A stretch of DNA of 64,000 nucleotides from Patescibacteria group bacterium (GCA_040387635.1 JAZKDJ010000001.1:51851-115850); one strand, 5' to 3'; shown: positions 27,891 through 36,744, counted from the stretch's first letter. A program made the numbers and translations. The notes: generated by a model not told the origin, from the letters alone.

Positions 27891-27956
27891 CCACTTCCTC
27901 CCACTTGATAACATTTTATACCACTTTGCTCCTAACAACAACACTGAATACCACTT
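27891..27956 (-). promoter_or_regulatory. mraZ promoter with four helically phased MraZ-box-like repeats (AAGTGG[G/T]A)
   Basis: CCACTT occurs on the plus strand at 27891, 27901, 27921 and 27951, giving spacings of 10, 20 and 30 nt. A TGGTATAAA extended -10 (27915-27923 on the minus strand) sits between the boxes. Confidence 0.65.
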
Positions 27957-28011
27957 TAAATGTGGATAAATAAGACTTTTTTATTAATGAAATAAAAGCG
28001 AATCCCGTTGT

Positions 28012-28040
28012 TTGACTTTATGTATAAAATGTGTTAATAT
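28012..28040 (+). promoter_or_regulatory. Strong sigma70-like promoter (TTGACTTTA type)
   Basis: TTGACT (28012-28017), a 17-nt spacer, then TAATAT (28035-28040). Confidence 0.6.
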
Positions 28041-28130
28041 ATAGTTGTGATACGCTCAGATGCGTAGGAATGATCCAGAGGCGGAGCAACAAACAACCCC
28101 TCTTCACCTGCACATTGAAGGAAGGTCTCT

Positions 28131-28475
28131 ATGACAAGAAACAGTAACGCACGCGGGTTTAACTTGATTGAAACAATGATTGTGATCGCAATTGTCGGCC
28201 TCCTGGTTGCGATTGCGATCCCTGGCTTCAAGAAGGCGCGCATCGAATCTATGAAGAATGCTTGCGCGAACAACCTCAAGCAGTTGTATGGAGCCAAAAA
28301 CACCTGGGCCGCTGAAAACAAAAAACACCCCGGTGATGACGAACCGAACATGTCTGACATAGTTGGTCAGCAGCTCTCCATCCCACACGAACCCAAATGC
28401 CCCTCCGGGGGCCAGTACACGCTCGGTACTGTGGGCCAAAAGCCCACGTGCTCGATTAAGGATCATACGATCTAA
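28131..28475 (+). CDS. Prepilin-type (type IV pilin / T2SS pseudopilin-like) protein, PVC-style family
   Basis: Class III signal RGFNLIETMIVIAIVGLLVAIAIPGF, then NACANNLKQLYGAKNTWAAEN ... KCPSGGQYTLG...PTCSIKDH. SD is GAAGGAAGG. The ORF is GC-rich. Confidence 0.8.
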   Translation: MTRNSNARGFNLIETMIVIAIVGLLVAIAIPGFKKARIESMKNACANNLKQLYGAKNTWAAENKKHPGDDEPNMSDIVGQQLSIPHEPKCPSGGQYTLGTVGQKPTCSIKDHTI

Positions 28476-28492
28476 TCAAGCACACGAGCAAA

Positions 28493-28536
28493 ACACCCTC
28501 GCTAGACAAGTTGTCTGGCGGGGTGTATTTTTTTGC
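28493..28536 (+). terminator. Intrinsic terminator
   Basis: ACACCCTCGCTAGACAA-gt-TTGTCTGGCGGGGTGT followed by a T-run. Confidence 0.7.
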
Positions 28537-28581
28537 TTTTTTATTTTGGGTAAAGAGATTTTAGGAGGTGATTGTTTATAA

Positions 28582-28609
28582 TTGACACATCTCATTAAAA
28601 TTGTAATGT
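28582..28609 (+). promoter_or_regulatory. Sigma70-like promoter
   Basis: TTGACA (28582-28587), a 16-nt spacer, then TAATGT (28604-28609). Confidence 0.5.
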
Positions 28610-28636
28610 ATATACAGACTCTGAAATCGCTCGCTT

Positions 28637-29038
28637 ATGCACAGCGGAAATACAATGGGCCGGTCCATCATCTGGATAGCCCTCGCTCTTCTTGTGGGAG
28701 CGGCAACCCTTACCTACCACCTCTTTCACTTGAACAGAACCACTCCTCGGACTAACCCAGCAATTGTCGAGACTAATCCAGACAGCATGGTATTCCCCGA
28801 AGACAAGCGGAGGAACGAGTGCGGGACTCATCTTCGCATGATTGACTCATTGAAAGAAGAAATGTTCAGGGAGAACGAACAAGAAGCAACGGCCGCCAAG
28901 GAGGACGGCGTTACCGCTTCTTACGTCGATCCTACGAACGCATGCGTTAACTTCAAGTGCCCTTCAGGGGGTTACTACAAGGTAACGGGACGCTACGCGC
29001 CCTCGGCCTGTAGCATTCCCTCGCATAATCTGCGTTAG
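28637..29038 (+). CDS. Membrane-anchored paralog of the pilin-like globular domain (no prepilin cleavage motif)
   Basis: N-terminal TM IIWIALALLVGAATL. The C-domain aligns with the upstream gene: NECGTHLRMIDSLKEEMFREN ... KCPSGGYYKVTG...SACSIPSH. An alternative start is the ATG at 28655. Confidence 0.6.
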   Translation: MHSGNTMGRSIIWIALALLVGAATLTYHLFHLNRTTPRTNPAIVETNPDSMVFPEDKRRNECGTHLRMIDSLKEEMFRENEQEATAAKEDGVTASYVDPTNACVNFKCPSGGYYKVTGRYAPSACSIPSHNLR

Positions 29039-29046
29039 AAAAACAA

Positions 29047-29083
29047 AACCTCCAGTCCGAAAGCGGGCTGGAGGTTGTTTTTT
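29047..29083. terminator. Bidirectional terminator (pilin-like cassette and lysS)
   Basis: AACCTCCAGTCCG-aaa-CGGGCTGGAGGTT flanked by an A-run and a T-run. Confidence 0.75.
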
Positions 29084-29092
29084 ATTTAATAA

Positions 29093-30985
29093 TTAAGCCA
29101 GTTTGAAATCTTTGGTCAACCCTTCAACAACGCTCTTCGGACCGAATATTAGAATACCCAATCTCTCAATCTCATCGTAATTTTTTTGAAGCGTTGCAGC
29201 AATCACCTTCTTGTCGTTCGTCGTTGAAATCATTTCTCTCGTAAACTCTTCTACTTCAAGGCCAGCAGCCTTTGCTTCTTGAAGAACGCTCAATAGTTCC
29301 TTCTGTGAAGCTACATTCTTCATCATGATCGCATGCTGAATATTGAGATTAATCTTATTGCCATCCTTTGTAGAAATCTTGTCTTGCATGAGCAAAGAAC
29401 GTCCTACATGCGCACCGAGTGATGCCGCGAGATGTGCTGCGGTATTGAGTTTTTCCCAATCTTTGAGGTTAAGTGACTCATCAATAAGTGCCACAGCGAT
29501 CTTTCCTTCTTTCACCTTCGCAACTTCCTGATCCTTTGGTCGCATGAGCGGGAACATCTGAATCTCGCGAGCAGTCTTGTCTACGAAGAAAGCAAACAGT
29601 CGATCTCCATATGCAAATCCACATGCAGGTGGCATGCCGTGTTCTAGCATCTCTACGAATTCGTGGTCAGGCATCATTGCTTCGCTATCTCCTGCTTCTA
29701 TAAGCTTGTTCTGGAGGTCGAATCGCTGCTTCTGGTCTACAGGATCATTGAGCTCGGAGAATCCATTGCAAACCTCTGCGCCAGCAAGAATAAGCTGGAA
29801 TCGCTCAGTAAGGAGCGGATTGTCTTTCTTAGCCTTTGAAAGAGGTGAAACAAGCTTTGGATGATTAATGAGCCAAGCCGGTCCTGAGATCTGTTTTCGG
29901 CAATACTTCCAAAGTGTGTCAGTAAGTCGCTCTTTGTTCTCGCCATCAAACTTAACCTTAAGCTCCTTGAGCTTTGCTTTCATTTCATCTTCGCTCGCTG
30001 CAAGGACGTCGATACCTGTCATCTCCCTGACAGTAGTAACGTAATCAAGCTTCTTCCATTCGTTCTTTAGGTCGAACGTATGTCCTCGAGTCGTGAATTC
30101 TGTTTTACCAAAAACCTCTTCCGCAACAGCCTTCATCATTTTCTCTGACAGTGCCATTCCTTGGTTGTAGTCCATCCAAGCTGCATAAAATTCAAAGTTA
30201 GTGAACTCCTGAAGATGATCAGGGCTTGAGCCTTCGTTTCGATATGCCCTTCCAATCTCGAACGTTCGCTGGAAGCCTCCTGCCATGAGCCTCTTCTGCC
30301 AAAGTTCTCCTATTGAGATTCTGAGGTACACATCAAGATCAAAGTCATTGTGATGAGTCTTGAACGGAGTAGCTTCAGCTCCACCTGTAGTTGTCTCAAG
30401 CGTTGGTGTCTCAACTTCAAGAAATCCTTCTTCCTTGAGAATTCTTCGAGTAACTTCCCAGAATTTTGCCTTCTTGAAAAATAGATCGCGAAGCTCAGGA
30501 TTCATGATGAAATCCAAATAGCGCTTCCTGAATCGCTCGTCGATATCCTGGAGTCCATGCCACTTCTCAGGCAAAGGAGCCAATGACTTGGAAGCCATGG
30601 TCCATTTCTTTGCGAGTATACTCTGCTCTCCTCTCTGGGTTACAAACAAAGGTCCTGTGACACTCACAAAGTCTCCTACGTCTACTCCATCAGTGAAAAG
30701 TTTGAACAGGTCTTCAGGCATATCATCCTTCTTGAAAACGGCCTGGAGCTTGTCCTTGCCATCGTCGAGAACAGCGAAGATGATCGCACCTTGTCCGCGG
30801 ATGGCCATAACTCGGCCAGCAACGTTTACTTCTTTGTTTGCTTTTTCGAAAGCCTCAAAGTTGGCCTTGGTATCCCTAAGGCACATATCACGGGGAACTT
30901 TAGATGGAAAACAGTCCATCCCCGCTTCCTCAAGCAGCTTGAGCTTTTTGAGGCGTATTTCCCTTATTTCTTCGAGTGACGCCAC
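29093..30985 (-). CDS. lysS: Lysine--tRNA ligase (class II) fused to a C-terminal DUF2000/PTH2-like domain
   Basis: OB-fold N-terminus with class II motifs through motif 3 (GFAYGDRLFAFF...FPLMRP) at about residue 495. A further 135 aa or so then follow: KIAVALIDESLNLKDWEKLNTAAHLAASLG ... LGILIFGPKSVVEGLTKDFKL. Confidence 0.85.
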   Translation of the reverse strand: MASLEEIREIRLKKLKLLEEAGMDCFPSKVPRDMCLRDTKANFEAFEKANKEVNVAGRVMAIRGQGAIIFAVLDDGKDKLQAVFKKDDMPEDLFKLFTDGVDVGDFVSVTGPLFVTQRGEQSILAKKWTMASKSLAPLPEKWHGLQDIDERFRKRYLDFIMNPELRDLFFKKAKFWEVTRRILKEEGFLEVETPTLETTTGGAEATPFKTHHNDFDLDVYLRISIGELWQKRLMAGGFQRTFEIGRAYRNEGSSPDHLQEFTNFEFYAAWMDYNQGMALSEKMMKAVAEEVFGKTEFTTRGHTFDLKNEWKKLDYVTTVREMTGIDVLAASEDEMKAKLKELKVKFDGENKERLTDTLWKYCRKQISGPAWLINHPKLVSPLSKAKKDNPLLTERFQLILAGAEVCNGFSELNDPVDQKQRFDLQNKLIEAGDSEAMMPDHEFVEMLEHGMPPACGFAYGDRLFAFFVDKTAREIQMFPLMRPKDQEVAKVKEGKIAVALIDESLNLKDWEKLNTAAHLAASLGAHVGRSLLMQDKISTKDGNKINLNIQHAIMMKNVASQKELLSVLQEAKAAGLEVEEFTREMISTTNDKKVIAATLQKNYDEIERLGILIFGPKSVVEGLTKDFKLA

Positions 30986-31015
30986 GGTGTTATTGTCTGT
31001 ATTCTTAGTGTAGCC

Positions 31016-31483
31016 TTATTCTATGCTTATGAGGGTATATGACGCAACTCCCTTAGGTGTCTTTACCTGGAATTTGTCTCCCTTCTTCTTGCCGATCAGG
31101 GCTGTACCGATTGGTGATAGGTTTGAGATTTTACCTGCCATCATGTCGGCTTCTTCAGATCCAACGATCATATATGCCTTCTCATCTGAATCGCCTTCCT
31201 TCTGAATCTTTACCGTAGAACCGATTCCTGCAATGTCGCCATGGCGGTCATTGAGTATCTGAGCTGTCTTAAGAACATATTCGAGGTGGTTGATTCTATC
31301 TTCCACTTCTGCCTGCTCTTCTCGCGCTTCATGGTATTCAGCGTTCTCTGAAAGGTCACCAAGCTTCTTGGCATATTCCAAGTGTTCAGCGATTTCCTTT
31401 CGCTTTACCTTGCGAAGCTGCTCCAATTCGTCCTGGAGTTCCTTATATTTTTCTTTGGTAAGATATTGTGTTTCCTGATGCAT
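31016..31483 (-). CDS. greA: Transcription elongation factor GreA
   Basis: N-terminal coiled coil with DLSENAEYHEAREEQ, and a C-terminal FKBP-like domain. Confidence 0.9.
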   Translation of the reverse strand: MHQETQYLTKEKYKELQDELEQLRKVKRKEIAEHLEYAKKLGDLSENAEYHEAREEQAEVEDRINHLEYVLKTAQILNDRHGDIAGIGSTVKIQKEGDSDEKAYMIVGSEEADMMAGKISNLSPIGTALIGKKKGDKFQVKTPKGVASYTLISIE

Positions 31484-31538
31484 GGCTAAGATTCGTTTTT
31501 TATTGAACTGTCAGTCTAGCAAAACAATGCCATCCTGT

Positions 31539-31583
31539 AAATAAATATAACCGGAAAGATAAACTTTCCGGTTATATTTATTT
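31539..31583. terminator. Long AT-rich hairpin terminator
   Basis: AAATAAATATAACCGGAAAG-ataa-ACTTTCCGGTTATATTTATTT. Confidence 0.7.
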
Positions 31584-31587
31584 TGAT

Positions 31588-32571
31588 TTAGTTAGCTGTT
31601 ATGGTTACGTTTGGTGAACATGTCACTGTGAGATTTGCTGTTCCTGCTGTCACATACATGTTCATTACTTTGACTCCAGTTCCTGAGAATGTCTTGGTAT
31701 ATGAGCCTAGTGTTCCTGAAGAAACTGATCCTGTCATACCTGTAGATTTCCAAGCGTATGTAGTTCCTGCTGGTGCGTTACTTACGTTTGCTGTCCATGT
31801 AACGTTGTCTGAAGTTGTATTGGCGTCAGTATCTGGAGCAGTAGTCTTGTTTGGTGAACATGTAGCTGTGATTGGGCTTCTGCTTGAAGCATCAACTGAT
31901 GCTAGAATAATGATGTCAGAGTCACCTCCTGTTAGCTTATACTTCAATCTCTTGCTGCTATCGATTGGCAATATGAGCTGTCCTCCGGCGCTTGAAACTG
32001 TCTCACCAGCACCTGTTCTTCCTCCCACTCCTCCTGTAAACACACTATCCATTGTATAGAAGTAAACTCGTGCGTCTGAGCTTACTGAAACTGAAACGAG
32101 TACTGCTGCTGTTCCTGCTGGAACTTCACTTCCAAGAGTGAGTGCAACTTCTGATCCAGTAGGGTTAAGGTCATAAGAAACTGGAACCTGCATAAACTGC
32201 ATAGCAGGAGTTGCTGCTGAGCTACCCAAACAGACTCCTCCTCCTGCGTCTGTACAGATATCTTCAGTAGCGTGAATGTCTCCAACGACATCAAGCTGAG
32301 CTACTGGCTCTACGTTGTTAACACCGAGCTTTGTAAAGAGTCCTGTGATGCTAAAAATTGTATCGTTGCTGAAGAAGTTACCCTTCTTTATTTGTGTTGT
32401 CACTCCTGTATGGATTGGAGCGTCACAACCAGGGTGTTCTGCAGGACATGCTGGTGGATTTGGCGGAGCTGCAGCAAGAATATAGCTTGCACCTACTGAA
32501 AGAAGAAGCGCGAGCGCCACTACCTTTATCGTTGCGATCAAACGTTTTACTTGAGTTGTTTCTTGTTTCAT
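31588..32571 (-). CDS. Secreted/anchored hypothetical protein with a PKD/Ig-like C-terminal region
   Basis: N-terminal anchor VVALALLLSVGASYILA, a Cys-rich PACPAEHPGCDAP segment, and a Thr/Ser/Gly-rich beta-type sequence ending TVTCSPNVTITAN. Confidence 0.4.
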   Translation of the reverse strand: MKQETTQVKRLIATIKVVALALLLSVGASYILAAAPPNPPACPAEHPGCDAPIHTGVTTQIKKGNFFSNDTIFSITGLFTKLGVNNVEPVAQLDVVGDIHATEDICTDAGGGVCLGSSAATPAMQFMQVPVSYDLNPTGSEVALTLGSEVPAGTAAVLVSVSVSSDARVYFYTMDSVFTGGVGGRTGAGETVSSAGGQLILPIDSSKRLKYKLTGGDSDIIILASVDASSRSPITATCSPNKTTAPDTDANTTSDNVTWTANVSNAPAGTTYAWKSTGMTGSVSSGTLGSYTKTFSGTGVKVMNMYVTAGTANLTVTCSPNVTITAN

Positions 32572-32573
32572 AT

Positions 32574-32870
32574 TTATTTATTAAAATATCCGTTTACTGC
32601 TGCCTTATCATTGTTCGACAATCCATTCACTTCTTTAATGTCTGCCCTCGCCTCAATCAACTCCCTATCCTCTTCGCTTATTTCATTTTCCTTATTTGCT
32701 TCGATGATAGCTTTGATTTGAGCTCTATCCGCTTCAGACAAAGTCTGATCTGTATTTGGTGGAGGTGCAGGATCTTCCACTACCCTGTTCTTTAAATAAG
32801 ATACAAGCAAACTTCCTAGGATAATCACAAGTGCTAACGTTATGACTATTGCTTTTTTATGAGTGTTCAT
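32574..32870 (-). CDS. Small membrane-anchored hypothetical protein
   Basis: The likely start is MNTHKKAIVITLALVIILG (TM). The C-terminus is acidic and helical. Confidence 0.35.
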   Translation of the reverse strand: MNTHKKAIVITLALVIILGSLLVSYLKNRVVEDPAPPPNTDQTLSEADRAQIKAIIEANKENEISEEDRELIEARADIKEVNGLSNNDKAAVNGYFNK

Positions 32871-32935
32871 CCCCTCCAATATAACAAATTTATGAGACAA
32901 CTGTGAACGAGTACTGGGGATAAATTATTGACCCC

Positions 32936-34657
32936 CTATTGAGATTGCTGGTTTGCTTCTTGGGTTACGAAATATTCTGGCGTATTAATGCTCATCCAAT
33001 CCAAGGTTTGCCTCATAGCAGCACCTGCACCAATGAGGTTATGAACTGATCCTTTCTCGAGCAATATAGCGAAAGCGTACTTAGGATTCTTGTATGGGAA
33101 AAAGCCTGTCATCCAAGAGTTAACGCTTTGTTTGCTCACACCCAGCTCTGCGGTACCTGACTTCGCAGCTATCTCCGAGAAAGGCACATTGAGGGAAACT
33201 GAGGTTCCGGAGAGAGCTGCCTGGCGCATGCCTTCGTGCACGACAGTGAAATATTGAGATGGTAGTTCTACATCACGAATTACCTTGGGCTGCTCACCCT
33301 TCAGAATTATCGGATCAAGAAGCTTTCCTTTGTTCGCAATAGCCGCATATGCCCGTACCATCTGCAGCGGCGTCACCTGGAAACCGTATTGCCCGATAAC
33401 TGTGTGGTACGTGTTACCAAGTCTCCATGTCTCACCATTAAAGTTCTCCGCCTTCCACTGAGGATCAGGAATCACTCCCCTGCTTTTGCCAAAAAATGAG
33501 TTACCTATCTGTTCTCCGAACCCGAAAAGCTGCATATACTTTTTGATGTTCGTAATACCCAGTCCCTTTTGATCTTTATATCCTCCACCAATAGCATAGA
33601 AATAAACGTCAGAAGAAACCGCGAGTGCCCTCCGCATGTTTACATATCCATGAGCCTTCCAATCTCGAAATACTGTCGAAAGCTTCGGATCATATTCGTT
33701 TGTAATTGAAATCGAACCTGTGCTGAGAATTTCCTTGGATGGATCAATAATCTTTTCTGAAAGAGCAGCAAGGGCCATGTATGGTTTTACAATAGAACCT
33801 GGAGTATAAAGACCATCAGTTACTCTATCCAAAAAGGGCGACGCCTTGCTTGAGAAATATGCCTTGAGCATGGTGGCGTCATTTTTTCTCGACATAACAT
33901 ACGGATCAAACTCCGGATAACTCGTCAGTGCAATAATCTCTCCTGTATTCACATCCATGACAACCGCCGCTCCACCGACGAATCCAACACGCTCAGCAAT
34001 ATCCTTGATTGAAGCATGCAGCGAAGCTTGAAGACGCGAATCGATTGTGAGTTGCACGGTTGCTCCAGCCTTGGCTGGCTTGATGATATTTTGTGCTTGA
34101 GTCTTGCCTCGTGCATCCACCTCAACGAGATTGAGTCCGTTGGTTCCCTTGAGAAGACTGTCGTAATATTTCTCTGCCCCATCAACACCTTCGAAATCTT
34201 CTCGATAATAGAAACCGTACGCATCCTTAGTTGGATACTGTACGTATCCCAAAATATGAGCGAAACCTTCTTTGTCTATATACTTGCGATCCAGTACAGA
34301 AGAATCATCTTCACGCGGAGCATTCCAAGCAAGCTCTACTCCATTGCGATCCTGTATGACTCCACGTGGTGCAAAAATTGGTGTATGTCGTAAACGGTTA
34401 TTCTCACTCCTCTTAACATATGCCTCGCCATTGTATATCTGCACATACCAAGCTCGTACCACAAATCCCGCAAGTGCTAAGAAAAAAAATGCCCCAACAA
34501 CGATAAGGCTTGTTTTGGAGATAGGCTGATCAAGCCGACCTTCGAACTGATGTGTGTCGAACTGGGGTAAGTTATGTGAATCTATAAGGATTTCATCAGG
34601 GAAAATCTCCTTGGATTTTGATGATCTCCTGTTTCGAGAGAAGAGGCCGCCTAACAT
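32936..34657 (-). CDS. mrdA: Penicillin-binding protein 2 (elongation transpeptidase)
   Basis: N-terminal TM, SxxK (PGSIVKP), KSG (AKSGTAE), downstream of mreBCD. Confidence 0.85.
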   Translation of the reverse strand: MLGGLFSRNRRSSKSKEIFPDEILIDSHNLPQFDTHQFEGRLDQPISKTSLIVVGAFFFLALAGFVVRAWYVQIYNGEAYVKRSENNRLRHTPIFAPRGVIQDRNGVELAWNAPREDDSSVLDRKYIDKEGFAHILGYVQYPTKDAYGFYYREDFEGVDGAEKYYDSLLKGTNGLNLVEVDARGKTQAQNIIKPAKAGATVQLTIDSRLQASLHASIKDIAERVGFVGGAAVVMDVNTGEIIALTSYPEFDPYVMSRKNDATMLKAYFSSKASPFLDRVTDGLYTPGSIVKPYMALAALSEKIIDPSKEILSTGSISITNEYDPKLSTVFRDWKAHGYVNMRRALAVSSDVYFYAIGGGYKDQKGLGITNIKKYMQLFGFGEQIGNSFFGKSRGVIPDPQWKAENFNGETWRLGNTYHTVIGQYGFQVTPLQMVRAYAAIANKGKLLDPIILKGEQPKVIRDVELPSQYFTVVHEGMRQAALSGTSVSLNVPFSEIAAKSGTAELGVSKQSVNSWMTGFFPYKNPKYAFAILLEKGSVHNLIGAGAAMRQTLDWMSINTPEYFVTQEANQQSQ

Positions 34658-34684
34658 AGGGCAAATTCTACCACGCCAAAGAAT

Positions 34685-34957
34685 CTAATAGAACTTCAAT
34701 ACACTCCTTAAAAGTGCTGTAATTGCGACAACTACGAGGCTGATTAGGGCCAGTGCGTAATGTATTCCAAACATAGTCTGCCCTCCTGATGAGAAAAGAA
34801 TGTCGATAAGCACTCCAGCGAGGATTGCCTCCGCGTACCACTTGAAAACGAAAGCTGCAATAAGACTCGCAGCCATGGGAATGTACCAAGGTAACGTAAA
34901 TACCGAGATCAGTATGAATATGCTTACTATCATCCTTCCTGTAGTAAGATCGGTCAT
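34685..34957 (-). CDS. mreD: MreD-like small membrane protein
   Basis: 90 aa with 3 TM, located between mreC and mrdA. The assignment rests on position only. Confidence 0.35.
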   Translation of the reverse strand: MTDLTTGRMIVSIFILISVFTLPWYIPMAASLIAAFVFKWYAEAILAGVLIDILFSSGGQTMFGIHYALALISLVVVAITALLRSVLKFY

Positions 34958-34958
34958 G

Positions 34959-35723
34959 TTATTTAGATACTTCTACCCAAGAGATAGCAGCAAGGGATAC
35001 TGGCTGCTTAAAATACACTGTCTTGAATGATCGACTAGGATCAACAATGATCTCTTCCACGACTCCTAGAATCGCTATATGCAAACCTGGCAAGGTTACG
35101 ACGTCACCTATTTTGATATCGAGATCATGAGCCACTTTTGCATTGAAGTTTCCTCCACCCACACCCATTACCGTGACAGGTAATTTTTTGTCACTAATTA
35201 AAACATCGTGCTCAAAGCCCGGAGATGAAAAAAGTTTTACCTTCGATGTAGTTCGCGAGACAGAATCAATAATACCGATAGGGTTGCCTCCAAAAGAACT
35301 GACGAATGCCCCTTCGCTAATTCCCTCTTCACTACCTGCGTCTATTATAAGAGAATCATATGGAATAGAAGGCGGACGTTTAAGAACTGCTCCGAGCACA
35401 ATTTTGTGAGTTGTAGTCCTGCCGAATGATTGCTTGAGGTCCTCATTTTCTTTTGTCAGGATCTTAAGCTTCTCCTCAACTGTAGCGTACGAATCAATCT
35501 GTCGTCGCAATTCATTCATTGCGTTAGCGTCGTGATTCTCACTGCGCCATAGCGGCGTAACTACGTTATAGATTATTGAGCTGAATGTTTTTGGAAAAGC
35601 CGCGAACATAATCGCGATCACCATGACGATAACTACCAGGAAGCGCGGACCGCCCTTCCCTGGTTTCGAGGAAAACGTATTACTTTGCTGAAGATAGCTC
35701 ATCATCATTTTGTACAAGTACAT
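34959..35723 (-). CDS. mreC: Rod shape-determining protein MreC
   Basis: N-terminal TM, a coiled coil (LKILTKENEDLK), and beta-barrel repeats. The start is uncertain because it overlaps the mreB end. Confidence 0.75.
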   Translation of the reverse strand: MYLYKMMMSYLQQSNTFSSKPGKGGPRFLVVIVMVIAIMFAAFPKTFSSIIYNVVTPLWRSENHDANAMNELRRQIDSYATVEEKLKILTKENEDLKQSFGRTTTHKIVLGAVLKRPPSIPYDSLIIDAGSEEGISEGAFVSSFGGNPIGIIDSVSRTTSKVKLFSSPGFEHDVLISDKKLPVTVMGVGGGNFNAKVAHDLDIKIGDVVTLPGLHIAILGVVEEIIVDPSRSFKTVYFKQPVSLAAISWVEVSK

Positions 35724-36744
35724 CCCCGTAAGTTTCCATGTCCTCCAAGATTATGCCGGTTCCTCGTGCAATCGCGGTGAGGGGATCTTCCGCGATGTGA
35801 ACAGGAATCTTCAGGGCTCCAGAGAGAAGCCCATCAAGGCCTTTAATAAGTGCTCCACCTCCTACTAGATAGATTCCTCGATACATGACGTCAGCCAGAA
35901 TCTCAGGAGGAGTCATTTCCAATACTTCTTTTGTAGCATCAATGAGAATATCAATAGACTGTGCGATGGCTTCGCGAATGTCAGAGTCAGTAACAACAAC
36001 CTCTCTTGGAAGACCTGTTATAAGATCTCGTCCTCTGATCGTAGCTTCAAGCGGCTCTGGTGGAGGCACCACAGTTCCAATCTCCATTTTGATATGCTCG
36101 GCTGTTTTTTCTCCAATCAGTATTTTAAATTCGTTTCGAATATAAGAGATTATGTCAGTGTTGAGCCTATCACCTGCAATCTTAAGATTCTTTGATCGCA
36201 CAATTCCTCCAAGTGATATAACTGCAATGTCTGCAGTACCTCCACCAATGTCCACCACCATACTGCCGATCGGATCATGAACAGGAAGTCTGATACCAAT
36301 GGCTCCTGCCATAGGCTGCTCTACAATATAAACATCTCGCGCGCCTGCATTACGAGTAGCATCACGGACAGCTCGAACTTCAACGTTCGTAACACCGCAC
36401 GGTACGCCAACCACCACTCTAGGTCCCAGCGTTTTCTTGGAATACTGCTCAGCTTTTTTGATGAGATACGTGAGCATCTGCTCCGTCACTTCGAAATCAG
36501 AAATAACTCCGTCAACAAGAGGCCGCACAGCAGTAATGTGAGCTGGGGTTCTTCCCAACATTTCTTTGGCGTCAGTTCCCACAGCCACCACTCTTCCCGT
36601 CTTCTGGTTCACGGCAACAACCGATGGTTCATTAACCACAATTCCATGACCTCGAACATAGACCAGCGTGTTAGCCGTTCCGAGATCGATGCCGATATCG
36701 TTTGAGAAATATGTATAGAGTTTTTCCTTGAAGCTCTTGGCCAT
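35680..36744 (-). CDS. mreB: Rod shape-determining protein MreB (copy 1)
   Basis: Actin-fold motifs IGIDLGTANTLVY, VVDIGGGTADIAV and IYLVGGGALIKGL. Confidence 0.95.
   Translation of the reverse strand: MAKSFKEKLYTYFSNDIGIDLGTANTLVYVRGHGIVVNEPSVVAVNQKTGRVVAVGTDAKEMLGRTPAHITAVRPLVDGVISDFEVTEQMLTYLIKKAEQYSKKTLGPRVVVGVPCGVTNVEVRAVRDATRNAGARDVYIVEQPMAGAIGIRLPVHDPIGSMVVDIGGGTADIAVISLGGIVRSKNLKIAGDRLNTDIISYIRNEFKILIGEKTAEHIKMEIGTVVPPPEPLEATIRGRDLITGLPREVVVTDSDIREAIAQSIDILIDATKEVLEMTPPEILADVMYRGIYLVGGGALIKGLDGLLSGALKIPVHIAEDPLTAIARGTGIILEDMETYGDVLVQNDDELSSAK

Noticed and set aside
27864-27944. The track gives N-terminal extensions for the ORFs of mraZ (27864-27944), rsmH (27428-27484), the SLT gene (1224-1307), holB-like (40524-40568) and rpmG (27 nt upstream of 43626).
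   Set aside because: The extensions run through promoter, operator or terminator sequence, and the family-typical N-termini begin at internal Met codons.
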